Shown: one piece after another, positions 15,887-25,116 of the stretch
Numbering within the stretch: position 1 is the first letter of the stretch
Layout: the number at the start of each line of letters is the position of its first letter
IMG/VR virus record: IMGVR_UViG_3300044541_000049
Coordinates: 1-57,645 of that record
Source: a virus
Lineage: Duplodnaviria; Caudoviricetes
Length of the DNA stretch: 57,645 bases
Reading direction: 5' to 3' (one strand)
Made by a program: the position numbers and the translations under genes
The notes under the pieces: generated by a model
The model's input: only the letters and a program-made list of their open reading frames with translations
What the model was told of the DNA's origin: nothing
The model's database searches: none

Positions 15887-17205
15887 CCGCCCTGGGACAG
15901 CCGCGTTGTGACCTCGTTCGCCAGGGACTTGACGTCGTCGTCGACCAAGCCCAGGGCCGAGAGGATCGCCCACACGGTGGCAGCCGCTTCGCGGGACGTC
16001 GCGCTCCCCAGTGCTGCGGCCCAACCCGTCCGAGCGGCGTCGTAGACGGCCGGCTCGTACTCGGGCGCGACGTACTGCCGCAGGCTGTGCTTCTCGCGGC
16101 GCTCCTCGCGGATGCGGGCGCAGCGATCGAGGTGCAACCTCCCGAGGGAGAGGTCCGCCTCGTACAGCACGCACGTACCCTTGCCGACAGGCAGGTGCAC
16201 GATGAGCGCGGCGTCACGGTCCACATCGAAGTCGGGCCGCGTCCACGTACCCGGGTACCGACCGTCCTCGTCCTTGCGGTCGTACACCCCGTTCTCCTGT
16301 ACCCCGTCCTGATACACGGCGAACTGTCCGTACATCTCGGCGGGGTCGTACCCGACCTTCCCGGTCTTCAGATCGCCGATGACGTGTCGACCGTCGTGCA
16401 ACCGATAGATGCGGTCGAACGTCCCGCCGACGCCGCCCCACGACGTGGTCATGGTGGTGCGCTCCACCATGTCGGGAAGGATGGACACGCCGGCCTGATA
16501 CAGGGCCGCTACGTAGGCGGCCACGTCGCGGCGATGCGCGGCGGGTACGGCCGCGAGCGCGCCCGGGGCGCCCGTGTCCAGTGCCTCGCAGAACGCGTGC
16601 ACGGCGGTACCCAAGTTGGCGCTGGTCTTGCTCCCGCCGGCTTCCTCCGCCTCCCGGACCAATGCCTTGAGCTTGGCCTTGTCCGCGTGGTTCGCCTCGT
16701 TGAGGGAGGACGCCAGAACCGAGAGATCGGGGCGGACGGCGGCACCGAGGAGTACGCGGGACTGCTTCCACATGTTGAGGCTGTACGTGTCGGCGAACGC
16801 CTTGATCACGGTCGACGCGCGGGAGACCGTGACGCGCTTCCCGTTCGGCGCTACCAGGGTGTACCGGTCGTACTTGTCGTCGTGCAACCCGGGCGCCTTG
16901 ACGGCGGGGCGGGGCACGTCCCTGCCGACCTGTCCGGCATAAGCCTCGAACGCGGCGTCCGACCGTTCGCGCTTGTCTCCCACGGTGTCGTCGAACGCGC
17001 CGCGCCCGATCGCCTGCTTGAACCGATGCAGGGCCGCAGCGTCGCGTAGGTCGTCCGTCACCCCGTCGTACGCGCCCGAGGGACCGTCGTCCGCCCCACC
17101 CTCGCAGCACGTCCACTCGCCGTCCTCGTTGCGCTCGATCACGGTCACGCCCGCGATGATGTCTCCCTCGCACGCGGGGCACCTGCCGTCGTACTTCGCT
17201 TCCAT
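15883..17205 (-). CDS. PD-(D/E)XK (RecB/Cas4-like) exonuclease
   Basis: GTAVHAFCE, VE, GTFDRI, IGDLKTG, QFAVY; N-terminal CxxC. Confidence 0.85.
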   Translation of the reverse strand: MEAKYDGRCPACEGDIIAGVTVIERNEDGEWTCCEGGADDGPSGAYDGVTDDLRDAAALHRFKQAIGRGAFDDTVGDKRERSDAAFEAYAGQVGRDVPRPAVKAPGLHDDKYDRYTLVAPNGKRVTVSRASTVIKAFADTYSLNMWKQSRVLLGAAVRPDLSVLASSLNEANHADKAKLKALVREAEEAGGSKTSANLGTAVHAFCEALDTGAPGALAAVPAAHRRDVAAYVAALYQAGVSILPDMVERTTMTTSWGGVGGTFDRIYRLHDGRHVIGDLKTGKVGYDPAEMYGQFAVYQDGVQENGVYDRKDEDGRYPGTWTRPDFDVDRDAALIVHLPVGKGTCVLYEADLSLGRLHLDRCARIREERREKHSLRQYVAPEYEPAVYDAARTGWAAALGSATSREAAATVWAILSALGLVDDDVKSLANEVTTRLSQGG

Positions 17206-17250
17206 GTCGTATCCCTGTCTCGGTCACCGTGTCTGTGTCATGACAGTATA

Positions 17251-17282
17251 CAGCCCCTCACCGACATGCCGGTGAGGGGCTG
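17251..17282 (-). terminator. Terminator-like hairpin
   Basis: cagcccctcaccg/cggtgaggggctg. Confidence 0.7.
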
Positions 17283-17291
17283 CGGACGGTG

Positions 17292-17348
17292 CTACTTGTC
17301 CTTACAGATGCAAAGGATCTGCCCGCACTTGCACACGGTCCGATTCAT
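17292..17348 (-). CDS. Putative 18-aa Cys-rich peptide MNRTVCKCGQILCICKDK
   Basis: GGAGGGG RBS; lies between the helicase stop and the terminator. Confidence 0.45.
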   Translation of the reverse strand: MNRTVCKCGQILCICKDK

Positions 17349-17352
17349 GTCG

Positions 17353-19011
17353 TCACCCCCTCCCGTGGAGTTTCCCGCTCGCGACGCGAACGGCGATGAA
17401 CTGCGACAGCTCACCTCGGGTGACGCCATCGGTGGGGATCCCCAGGTTGCGCGCGAACGACTTCTGCGCATCGGTCGGGGACTGCTTGCGCTTGCGCCAC
17501 GGCGCGTCCTTGCCCGCGATCGAGGGGTCGTCGTCCATGGCCTCCGAGTCGGCCCACGCGAGGGCGAAGTCCATCGGCAGCGCGGCGGCCTCGTCGGCGG
17601 GGATACGACCCCACGCGCCGTCCTTCATCCACACACCCGAGTCCCGCAGCGATCCCCGGTTGTCGAACCGACCGACGCGGAAGAGATCACTTCCCTTGAC
17701 GGGCCAGATGAAGTAGGTCCGCTCTTTGGTCTGGTTGAACCAGACGTGGCCGCTGGTCTGCAACCAGTTGCCTTGCGCCTGCCTGAACATGTCGACGTCG
17801 CGCGCCGCCATGTTCTCGAACGGCACGGCGCCGTTGTTCTCCCGTGCCTCCTTCTGTGCGCGAACGACCGCCTCGATCAAGGTCTCGTCGTCCTGTGGCG
17901 GGACGATCTCCTCCGAGAGGTCCACGAGGCCGCACAGAGTGTTGCTGCGGGCCGCGCCGCAGACGTCCAGCACGAGAGCGCCGGCCTTGCCGGGGTGCGT
18001 CCGCAGGACACGACCCACCATCTGGGTGTACAGACCGGGCGAGGACGTCGGCCGCGCGATGACGGCGACCTCGGCCCACGGCGCGTCCCACCCCTCCGTC
18101 AGCACCATGCAGTTGCTCAGTACCCGGGTCTCCCCCTCGCGGTACCGCTTGTAGATCAGCGCTCGGTCCTCCGTGGGGGTCTCCCCGCTGATCACCTCAC
18201 ACGTGATCCCCGCGTCGTTCATCGCGACCGCGACCAACTCGGCGAACCGGACGGTCGGCGTGAACACGACACCCTGACGAACGACACCGTCACCCACCGT
18301 CGCGTACCTTCCGTACGCGACTGCGACCGCCGTATGCGCACCCGACGCTTCGAGCGCGTCGCTCAACGAGCCGTCGGCGAAGTCCCCGCCGGCCTTCCGC
18401 GCGACAGCGCCCAGATCGAGACCGTCGATTTCGATGGCCATGGGCTTCACGTCACACAGGTGACCGTCCATGATCATGCGGAGGATGGACCGCTGGTACA
18501 CCACGTCCTCCCACACCGACCCGAGACCCTGGCCGTCACCCCGCGACAGGGTCGCGGTGAACCCGACCGTCACCGGGCCCTGCGGGCGGAAGCACCCGAA
18601 GCGTTCGAGGACCGCCTTCCACGTCTTCGCGGCGTAGTGGTGGCACTCGTCGACGACGACGAGACCCACGTCCGTCAGGCGCTCCACACGACCCGGGCGG
18701 GCGAGGGTCTGCGCGGACGCCACGACGATGTCACGGTCCGTATCGTCGCGGCCGGCCTTGACGATGCCGACCGACACCCCTGGCATCATGGTCCCGATCT
18801 TGTCCACCGTCTGGGTGGCAAGCTCCTCGCGGTGGACCAGGACGACGACACGTTTGAGGGACGTCTCCCGGAACTGCCTGATCAACTCGGAGAACACCAC
18901 GGTCTTGCCGGCGCCCGTGGGCAGCACGACGGCGGGGCGCCGCAGGTCGTTCTTCCACGCCGCCCAGATCTCGGCGCACGCCCTGAGCTGGTAGTCCCGC
19001 AGCTTGAACAT
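17353..19011 (-). CDS. SF2 DExH-box helicase (552 aa)
   Basis: LRDYQ, LPTGAGKT, VDECHH, TAT, LTEGWD, QMVGRVLR. Confidence 0.93.
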   Translation of the reverse strand: MFKLRDYQLRACAEIWAAWKNDLRRPAVVLPTGAGKTVVFSELIRQFRETSLKRVVVLVHREELATQTVDKIGTMMPGVSVGIVKAGRDDTDRDIVVASAQTLARPGRVERLTDVGLVVVDECHHYAAKTWKAVLERFGCFRPQGPVTVGFTATLSRGDGQGLGSVWEDVVYQRSILRMIMDGHLCDVKPMAIEIDGLDLGAVARKAGGDFADGSLSDALEASGAHTAVAVAYGRYATVGDGVVRQGVVFTPTVRFAELVAVAMNDAGITCEVISGETPTEDRALIYKRYREGETRVLSNCMVLTEGWDAPWAEVAVIARPTSSPGLYTQMVGRVLRTHPGKAGALVLDVCGAARSNTLCGLVDLSEEIVPPQDDETLIEAVVRAQKEARENNGAVPFENMAARDVDMFRQAQGNWLQTSGHVWFNQTKERTYFIWPVKGSDLFRVGRFDNRGSLRDSGVWMKDGAWGRIPADEAAALPMDFALAWADSEAMDDDPSIAGKDAPWRKRKQSPTDAQKSFARNLGIPTDGVTRGELSQFIAVRVASGKLHGRG

Positions 19012-19092
19012 GGTGTGTGATTCCCCTCGCTCGGTTGCTGTACATACACAAGCGTAAGGGGGTGTCGACATCATGTCAACACCCCCTTACGC
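19012..19092 (-). promoter_or_regulatory. Promoter cassette within a hairpin
   Basis: gcgtaagggggtgt...tgtcaacacccccttacgc; GAGGGG RBS. Confidence 0.65.
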
Positions 19093-19099
19093 GGGCCGT

Positions 19100-19321
19100 T
19101 CAGTCCTTGTACCTGGTCCTCGTCCGGCTGTGGTTCATCGACGAGCCCACGTGGTAGACGTCAGCGTCGACATGCCGACACTTGAACACGTGCAGTCGGA
19201 AGCCCTTGCCGACGCCGCCCTTGCGCATCGTGTGCCGCAGCGCCCGGTTTGCCATGTCCCTGGTCTTGTACGCCGCCTTGCCGTGGCACGCGGACAGGTA
19301 GTCGACCATGTCGTCACGCAT
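19100..19321 (-). CDS. Hypothetical protein (73 aa)
   Basis: C..K.AY...A...VFKC...YHV motif common in small phage proteins. Confidence 0.6.
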   Translation of the reverse strand: MRDDMVDYLSACHGKAAYKTRDMANRALRHTMRKGGVGKGFRLHVFKCRHVDADVYHVGSSMNHSRTRTRYKD

Positions 19322-19505
19322 CCGAAACCGCCGCCCCGCCGACCTGCGGCACGGGATGGGGCGCGGCGTAACCGGTCAGCCCGAACGCGTCCAACAGAAG
19401 GGCCTCGCTGCGCTTGGCGCCCTCGGGGTCGTCCAGGTACTCCAACCTCAGGAGGGTGCGCCGCACGCACGCGGCGGCCTCGTACTTCTCGTCGTCGGTC
19501 AGCAC
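19314..19505 (-). CDS. Hypothetical protein (63 aa)
   Basis: VLTDDEKYEAA...LLLDAFGL; RBS. Confidence 0.55.
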   Translation of the reverse strand: MLTDDEKYEAAACVRRTLLRLEYLDDPEGAKRSEALLLDAFGLTGYAAPHPVPQVGGAAVSDA

Positions 19506-19741
19506 GATGCGTCCTCTCCCGTGTCGGCGGACGGCGTCGGCTCGATCAGACCGAGTGACTCCAGGATCGCGCGGGCGTCGGCCGTGTCCTTCGCGTTGCC
19601 GGCCACGATCAGGCGCGCCCTGTCGCACTGTCCTTGCGAGATGTGCCCCGGGATGAGCGCGGCCCGGTTCACCCCGGTTCCCTGGCCCGATCGTCTCTTG
19701 TGCCAATGGGTGGCGTTGCTGCTCAGTGGACGCTTCGACAC
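19499..19741 (-). CDS. Hypothetical protein (80 aa)
   Basis: AAGGGAG RBS; TGTCAGCACA cassette upstream. Confidence 0.6.
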   Translation of the reverse strand: MSKRPLSSNATHWHKRRSGQGTGVNRAALIPGHISQGQCDRARLIVAGNAKDTADARAILESLGLIEPTPSADTGEDASC

Positions 19742-19839
19742 GGTAACCGCTCCCTTATTCGACTGTGCTGACAGGAGTCACGATACGCGACAGGGAGAGG
19801 AAAGGTCAACGGCACGCCGTCAACATGGCTGACCTGCAC

Positions 19840-19856
19840 GGTGTGGGAAGTGTGGG
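19840..19856. promoter_or_regulatory. Single GGTGTGGGAAGTGTGGG site upstream of the replicase
   Basis: Identical to the arm core of both palindromic elements. Confidence 0.6.
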
Positions 19857-19955
19857 CAAAGTGCTATCGTCCCAGGACATGACAAGGCCCCCATCGTCGA
19901 ATCGATGGGGGCCTGTCGCGACGCATGCACACCACACGCACGAGGGGATCATCTC

Positions 19956-22900
19956 ATGACGTTGAGCCAACCACATCGTGACTTCCTACACGAGCAAGCG
20001 ATCACCGACGATGTCATCGAGCGCTACGACATCCGTTCCGTGACCGCACCCGCCGACGTGCCCGAGTCGATCAACCGGTTCTTCGTCAAGGGCCCCGGCA
20101 TCCTCTTTGACTGGCGCACCGACGACGCGGTGGTCCCGCAGTTCCGACCGGACGCGCCGGTGATCGACGACAAGGGCAACCCCCACAAGTACGTGTTCCC
20201 CAAGGATTGCGGGACGTTCGTCGGCCGGTTGCGGGATCCCCTCGCCGACGACACCGGCGACGTGCCCACCTATCTCATGGTGGAGGGGACCAAGCAGGTG
20301 TACGCCGCCGCTTCGTGGGCCCCTCCCGAGTGGGGTGTCGTGGGCATCGCGGGATGCAACAACTGGATCGGTGCCGATCTGTCGTGGGCCGAGGACCATC
20401 GGGTCGTCGTCCTGTTCGACAGCGACCTGACCACCAACCGCGACGTCCACGACGCGGCGGCCGGGTTGAAGGCGGCGTTGGACGGCATGGGCGCGGACGA
20501 GGTCGTGTTCGCCACCCTCACCAACGCGCGCAGCAAGGAAGGGCTGGACGACGTCTTGGGGCGCCTCGCCGAGGACAAGCGGACCAGGTACCTGCAACGC
20601 CTCGTCAAGGCCGCCAAGGGGACATTGGGCCGCGCGCCCAAGAGCAAGGCGAACGAGCACCCGCTGTTCTCGGGCGGGGAGTTCCTCGCGCTGAAGGCGA
20701 GCGAGGCCGTGCTTGACGGACAGCCGGCCGCCCTGGGATTGGGCAGCACGATCGCGCTCTACCGGGACGGCTGTTTCCGTATGGACTTCGGCAAGGAACC
20801 GCTCCTGGAATCCATTCAGCGGCTGCTCGGGGACAAGTACCGGCCGGGGTGGCGGACGACAGTGGAGGAGTCGTTGGTGGGGATGCTGTCCGGCATGGGC
20901 ATGCGACTGCCCGAGCACCAGACCGAACCCGTCCTCAACGTCGCGAACGGCATGCTCGATCTGCGGACGGGGGAGTTGGCCCCTCACTCCCCCGACTTCC
21001 TGTCGTCGGTGCAGATCCCGGTGGCGTGGGATCCGACCGCGACCGCGCCCCACTACGAGTCGTGGGTCACGGAGTTCTGCCCGTGTCAGGTCGACGACCT
21101 GGAGGAGAGCGTGTCGGTGATGCTCGATCCCTCGCGCACGCCGACCAAGGCCGTGTTCCTGTTCGGTCCGTCCCGCTCGGGCAAGTCGACGTTCCTGCGG
21201 ATCGCCCTGTCGATGGCGGGCGCCCGCAACACGAGCGGCGTGGACCTGCACCAGTTGGCCGAGGATCGGTTCGCGGCGGCCAACCTCTACGGCGTGATGC
21301 TCAACTCGTCGGCGGACGTCTCCTCGGCACACGTCACCGACACGTCCCTGTTCAAGCGGATGACCGGTGAGGACGTCATCCAGGCCAACCGCAAGTACGG
21401 CGCGCAGTTCGCGTTCACCAACCGGGCATTGTTCGCGTTCAGTGCCAACACGCTGCCCACCGTGAACGAGACGTCGCGCGCCTACGTGGAACGGATCAAG
21501 CCCTTCGAGTTCCCCCGATCGTTCGCGGGCGCCGAGGATCCCCGGATCGAGGACCGCATTCAGACGGAGCTGCCGGGGATCCTGGTCCGTTGGGTCGCGG
21601 CGTGGCAGCGGTTCGACGCGCGTGGTCGGTACGCGGTCGGCGACCCCGTCGTGATGAAGCGGTTCGAGACCTCCTCCAACCGCGTGGCCCTGTGGGTGTC
21701 GCGGACGTGCCGCGTCCACCCCGGGGCGCCCGGCCGCGTGGTGGGCGACGACGAGGGGACAGGTAAGACGGCGCTGTATCAGGCTTTCCTGCGTTGGCTG
21801 GAGGGTGAGGGTGGCGCCGGGGCGATGAAGCGGACCGCGTTCCTCGGGTCGTTGGAGTCGATCGCGGGTGTGGTGGAGGTGCGACTTCGGTCGCGAGGGA
21901 AGAACATCGGGCTGAACGTGGTGCTCCGACCCGAGCGTGAGTGGGACGAAACGGACGAACTGTCCTTCACCGGATCAAACCAACCATCGGAGAGTGTGTT
22001 CGGTGTGGGAAGTGTGGGTTCTGAAGCACCCTCTCCATACGTGTCACTCAGTCAGAAGGGTGGAATGGATGGTTGGGGGGTGGGAGAGAGAGAAGGGTAT
22101 GGGCAGGGTGCTTCAGAACCCACACTTCCCACACCCGCCACACCCACGACCCCTGTTGACAGCACCCCCTCCGCCGGCGCAGCCTTGCCTGACTGTGCAG
22201 ACACGAACGAGGGAGACACCGTGAACGATGCCGAACTGCCGTGCGTGGTGACGTTCGATGTGGAGACCCCGGGCAGTGACCGACTCATGGACTGGGACGT
22301 GGCCACGGAAGGGCCCTGGGCGCGGCTGTGCGGGTACAGCGTGGACGGTGTGGCGCCCACTGTCACCACCGACGTGGACGAGCTTCTACGGGTGCTCTAC
22401 GCGGCCGACGTCATCAGCGCGCACAACGGGTTGAATTACGACCTGATCGGGTTGGCCCGCCACCACGGCGCGGACTACGAACGTCTCGCGGCCAAGTGTG
22501 ACGACACGTTGGTTGTCGTCCGGCAACTCGATCCGCCGTCCGCCAAGAAGGGCAACGACCGTACTCACTACGATCTCGATTCGATCGGTACGAGGATGGT
22601 GGGCGCCGGCAAGAACGGCGACTTGGGCGCCCTGAAGAACAGGCACGGCGGGTACCACCTGATTCCCACGGACGACGCGGAGTATCGGCGGTACCTGATC
22701 CAGGACGTTCAGTTGCTCAACGACCTACGGCCCCTGCTTCCCACATCGCGGTACCTCGACGACGAGCGCGACTTCCTCGCCGCGTGTGGTGGCATGACGC
22801 TGCGCGGCGTGAGGCTCGACGTCCCGCTCGTGACCGCGCGCGCCGCCGAGGAGGAGGCACACAAGCGCGATGCGCTTGCCGTCCTGGGGAGTGAACACGG

Positions 22901-24218
22901 CCTTCCGCTGCGGGAGGTGACCGAGAGGGTTCGGATCACCCGCAAGGAGGGGGGTACGGCCGTAGGTCGGGTTGCCGAACGTGCGGCTGTGCTGACCGGG
23001 GCGTCCTCGTACGTCTGTGGTACCGAGATCGTCCACGAGGGAGACTGCTCGCACCACGAGTCCTATCCCGGATCCGATGACGACGATTGCACGTGCCCGA
23101 CCAAGGACGTCGTCCAAGGGATCGACCCGGACGACTACACGATCGAGCGTACGGAGACGATTAAGACGTACGACGCGCCGTTCGCCACGACCGCCGGCCG
23201 CGCGTGGGTCCTCAACCTGTGGTCACGGTTCGGGGTGACCAACCCGCCGCGCACACCCAAGGGCCGGCTGTCGACGAAGGTCGTCGACATGCAGAAGATC
23301 ATCGACAACGAGCGCTGCCCCGCCGAACTGCGGGGCATCCTGGACGCGATGAACACGGCGAACGGCGCGAGGGTGGTGTACGCGACGCTGATCAAGAACG
23401 TGATCGACGGTCGCTATCACCCGCGCATGTCGCCCGAACAGGCGTCGGGCCGGCTGTCCTGCGGCGTGAGCGTGTTCGGCAAGCACGGTGGGAAGGTACG
23501 CGAGCGCGCGTCGTTCGTCGCCGACGAGGGACACCTGATGGTCGCGTTCGACTACGACCAGGTCGACGCCCGCGCGGTCGCGGCGCACTGCCAGGACCCC
23601 GCGTACATGGACTTGTTCGAGGGCGATCAGGACTTCCACACGGCCAACTCGATCATGGTCTTCGGCGACGCGTCCTATCGGGAGATCGCCAAGAAGGCGG
23701 GCCACGGCGAGAATTACGGCATGGGGATCACCGGTCTGGTCAAGCTGATCACGGGCGCCACGGGCAAGGCGGCCGACGAGGCGCGCGAGTTGGCACAGAC
23801 ATACGTCGACGCGGTGGAGCGCGCCTACCCCATCCGCAACGAGTGGCGGGCGAGGGTCCGTGCCAAGGCCGACCGGGGCGAGCTTCTCGACAACGGGTTC
23901 GGTCGGATGATGCGACCCGAGGTCGGTCGGGGCTGGACTCAGGGTCCCGCGCTGATCGGGCAGGGAACCACCCGCGACATCATGCGCCGGTCGATTCTGG
24001 ACCTGGCACCCGAGGTGCGGCGTTGCCTCGCGTTCACGGTGCACGACGAATTGGTCTTCGGGTTCCCCGCCGACCGGGTCGACGAGTACGGCGAAGAGGT
24101 GATGAGGGCCATGACGTTCGACTGGTTCCCCGCGTTCCTCCCCGCCGACTCCCGTCCGGTGCACATCACGTGTGGCCGTAGCAAGGCCGCAGCGTCATGG
24201 GCCGGCTGCTACGCCTGA
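19956..24218 (+). CDS. Primase (Toprim/DUF3854-like) - SF3 helicase (D5/P4-like) - 3'-5' exonuclease - family A DNA polymerase fusion (1420 aa)
   Basis: VEGTKQ/FDSD/GLDD; LNVANGMLDL; FGPSRSGKST; FDVET/HNGLNYD/YLIQDV; DYDQVDAR, REIAKKAGHGENYG, TVHDEL. Confidence 0.92.
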   Translation: MTLSQPHRDFLHEQAITDDVIERYDIRSVTAPADVPESINRFFVKGPGILFDWRTDDAVVPQFRPDAPVIDDKGNPHKYVFPKDCGTFVGRLRDPLADDTGDVPTYLMVEGTKQVYAAASWAPPEWGVVGIAGCNNWIGADLSWAEDHRVVVLFDSDLTTNRDVHDAAAGLKAALDGMGADEVVFATLTNARSKEGLDDVLGRLAEDKRTRYLQRLVKAAKGTLGRAPKSKANEHPLFSGGEFLALKASEAVLDGQPAALGLGSTIALYRDGCFRMDFGKEPLLESIQRLLGDKYRPGWRTTVEESLVGMLSGMGMRLPEHQTEPVLNVANGMLDLRTGELAPHSPDFLSSVQIPVAWDPTATAPHYESWVTEFCPCQVDDLEESVSVMLDPSRTPTKAVFLFGPSRSGKSTFLRIALSMAGARNTSGVDLHQLAEDRFAAANLYGVMLNSSADVSSAHVTDTSLFKRMTGEDVIQANRKYGAQFAFTNRALFAFSANTLPTVNETSRAYVERIKPFEFPRSFAGAEDPRIEDRIQTELPGILVRWVAAWQRFDARGRYAVGDPVVMKRFETSSNRVALWVSRTCRVHPGAPGRVVGDDEGTGKTALYQAFLRWLEGEGGAGAMKRTAFLGSLESIAGVVEVRLRSRGKNIGLNVVLRPEREWDETDELSFTGSNQPSESVFGVGSVGSEAPSPYVSLSQKGGMDGWGVGEREGYGQGASEPTLPTPATPTTPVDSTPSAGAALPDCADTNEGDTVNDAELPCVVTFDVETPGSDRLMDWDVATEGPWARLCGYSVDGVAPTVTTDVDELLRVLYAADVISAHNGLNYDLIGLARHHGADYERLAAKCDDTLVVVRQLDPPSAKKGNDRTHYDLDSIGTRMVGAGKNGDLGALKNRHGGYHLIPTDDAEYRRYLIQDVQLLNDLRPLLPTSRYLDDERDFLAACGGMTLRGVRLDVPLVTARAAEEEAHKRDALAVLGSEHGLPLREVTERVRITRKEGGTAVGRVAERAAVLTGASSYVCGTEIVHEGDCSHHESYPGSDDDDCTCPTKDVVQGIDPDDYTIERTETIKTYDAPFATTAGRAWVLNLWSRFGVTNPPRTPKGRLSTKVVDMQKIIDNERCPAELRGILDAMNTANGARVVYATLIKNVIDGRYHPRMSPEQASGRLSCGVSVFGKHGGKVRERASFVADEGHLMVAFDYDQVDARAVAAHCQDPAYMDLFEGDQDFHTANSIMVFGDASYREIAKKAGHGENYGMGITGLVKLITGATGKAADEARELAQTYVDAVERAYPIRNEWRARVRAKADRGELLDNGFGRMMRPEVGRGWTQGPALIGQGTTRDIMRRSILDLAPEVRRCLAFTVHDELVFGFPADRVDEYGEEVMRAMTFDWFPAFLPADSRPVHITCGRSKAAASWAGCYA
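22002..22135. repeat. Origin-like palindromic element, copy 2, inside the replicase linker
   Basis: Perfect 31-bp inverted repeat (22002-22032 / 22105-22135); spacer homologous to the reverse complement of 1700-1776. Confidence 0.9.
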
Positions 24219-24226
24219 TCGACGAT

Positions 24227-24301
24227 ACGGCAAGCCCCGGGGTGTTGACGCACCCCGGGGCTTGCCGTATCGTGGTTCCTGTCAGTACAAGGGAGGTAGG
24301 C
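24227..24301 (+). promoter_or_regulatory. Promoter cassette / terminator hairpin
   Basis: tacggcaagccccggggtg-TTGACG-caccccggggcttgccg-TATCGT...TGTCAGTACA-AGGGAGG. Confidence 0.8.
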
Positions 24302-24508
24302 ATGAGCGAGCGTTGTTCCATGACGATCACAGAACTGATCGAGTCCTTGTATACCGCGCGGGACAAGTACGGGGACGTGAGGTTGCGGGCGTACAACCAC
24401 TGTCGCAAGTGCGACCCGGAAGAGATGTACGTGACGACGTCCTACTTCGCCGAGAGTGCGAACGGTGGGCAACTGGTACTGGGCTTCACGTTCGAGGATG
24501 ACGACTAG
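24302..24508 (+). CDS. Hypothetical protein (68 aa)
   Basis: GGAGG RBS. Confidence 0.65.
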   Translation: MSERCSMTITELIESLYTARDKYGDVRLRAYNHCRKCDPEEMYVTTSYFAESANGGQLVLGFTFEDDD

Positions 24509-24520
24509 GGAGGAACAAAC

Positions 24521-24769
24521 ATGAGCCGCAGTCTGGCAGGTGGCGAGTCGTTCGTGTATCGAGGGGTCGTCGTGTGGCGACGTCCAGGCGGGACGACGTT
24601 CGAGAAGTACGTGGGCCCCTTCGTGAACCGGACGGCGGCGTTGCAGGCGGTCAACCGGGAGATCGGTTCCGGAGCGTTCTTCGGATGGGACGAGGACGGC
24701 AACCGATTGAACTACACGGTCATGTCGACACGCGTGGAGAAGAGCCCGTTGGTGTGGAGCGAGACGTGA
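24521..24769 (+). CDS. Hypothetical protein (82 aa)
   Basis: GGAGG RBS. Confidence 0.65.
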   Translation: MSRSLAGGESFVYRGVVVWRRPGGTTFEKYVGPFVNRTAALQAVNREIGSGAFFGWDEDGNRLNYTVMSTRVEKSPLVWSET

Positions 24770-24796
24770 CCAGGATCGAGACGAGGGAGAACGGCG

Positions 24797-24961
24797 ATGC
24801 CGAGCAAGACCAAGTGTGAGACCTGCGGGACGTTCCAATCGAGTACGAGGATCCGTGTCGTGAGGTGCGCGAGCGCCGACGTGTGCGGGTGCCCGTTCCC
24901 GAGCGACCGACCCGAATCGCTGTGCGACCGCTGCGCCTCGCAGCGCAAGGTGGTGGGGTGA
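24797..24961 (+). CDS. Small zinc-finger protein (54 aa)
   Basis: CETC...RVVRC...CGC...LCDRCA. Confidence 0.6.
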   Translation: MPSKTKCETCGTFQSSTRIRVVRCASADVCGCPFPSDRPESLCDRCASQRKVVG

Positions 24962-25116
24962 TGCCGGTCAAGCGCAGGTGTGCGCAGTGCAAGCAGTTCA
25001 AGGAGTCTACGTATTTGCGCGTCGTGACGTGCGGTGACCTGTGTGGTTGCGAGCAAGACGAGTGGCTGTGCCACCCGTGCGCCAAGCGCGCCGAGAAGAC
25101 GGGGGCCGGCGAGTGA
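24961..25116 (+). CDS. Small zinc-finger protein (51 aa), paralog of the previous gene
   Basis: CAQC...RVVTC...CGC...LCHPCA. Confidence 0.6.
   Translation: MPVKRRCAQCKQFKESTYLRVVTCGDLCGCEQDEWLCHPCAKRAEKTGAGE

Noticed and set aside
15883-17205. Cas4 as evidence of a CRISPR system
   Set aside because: It is a stand-alone PD-(D/E)XK exonuclease in a replication/recombination context, common in actinophages.
22910-23170. Intein in the polymerase
   Set aside because: There are no N-terminal C/S or C-terminal HN splice motifs and no homing endonuclease signature.
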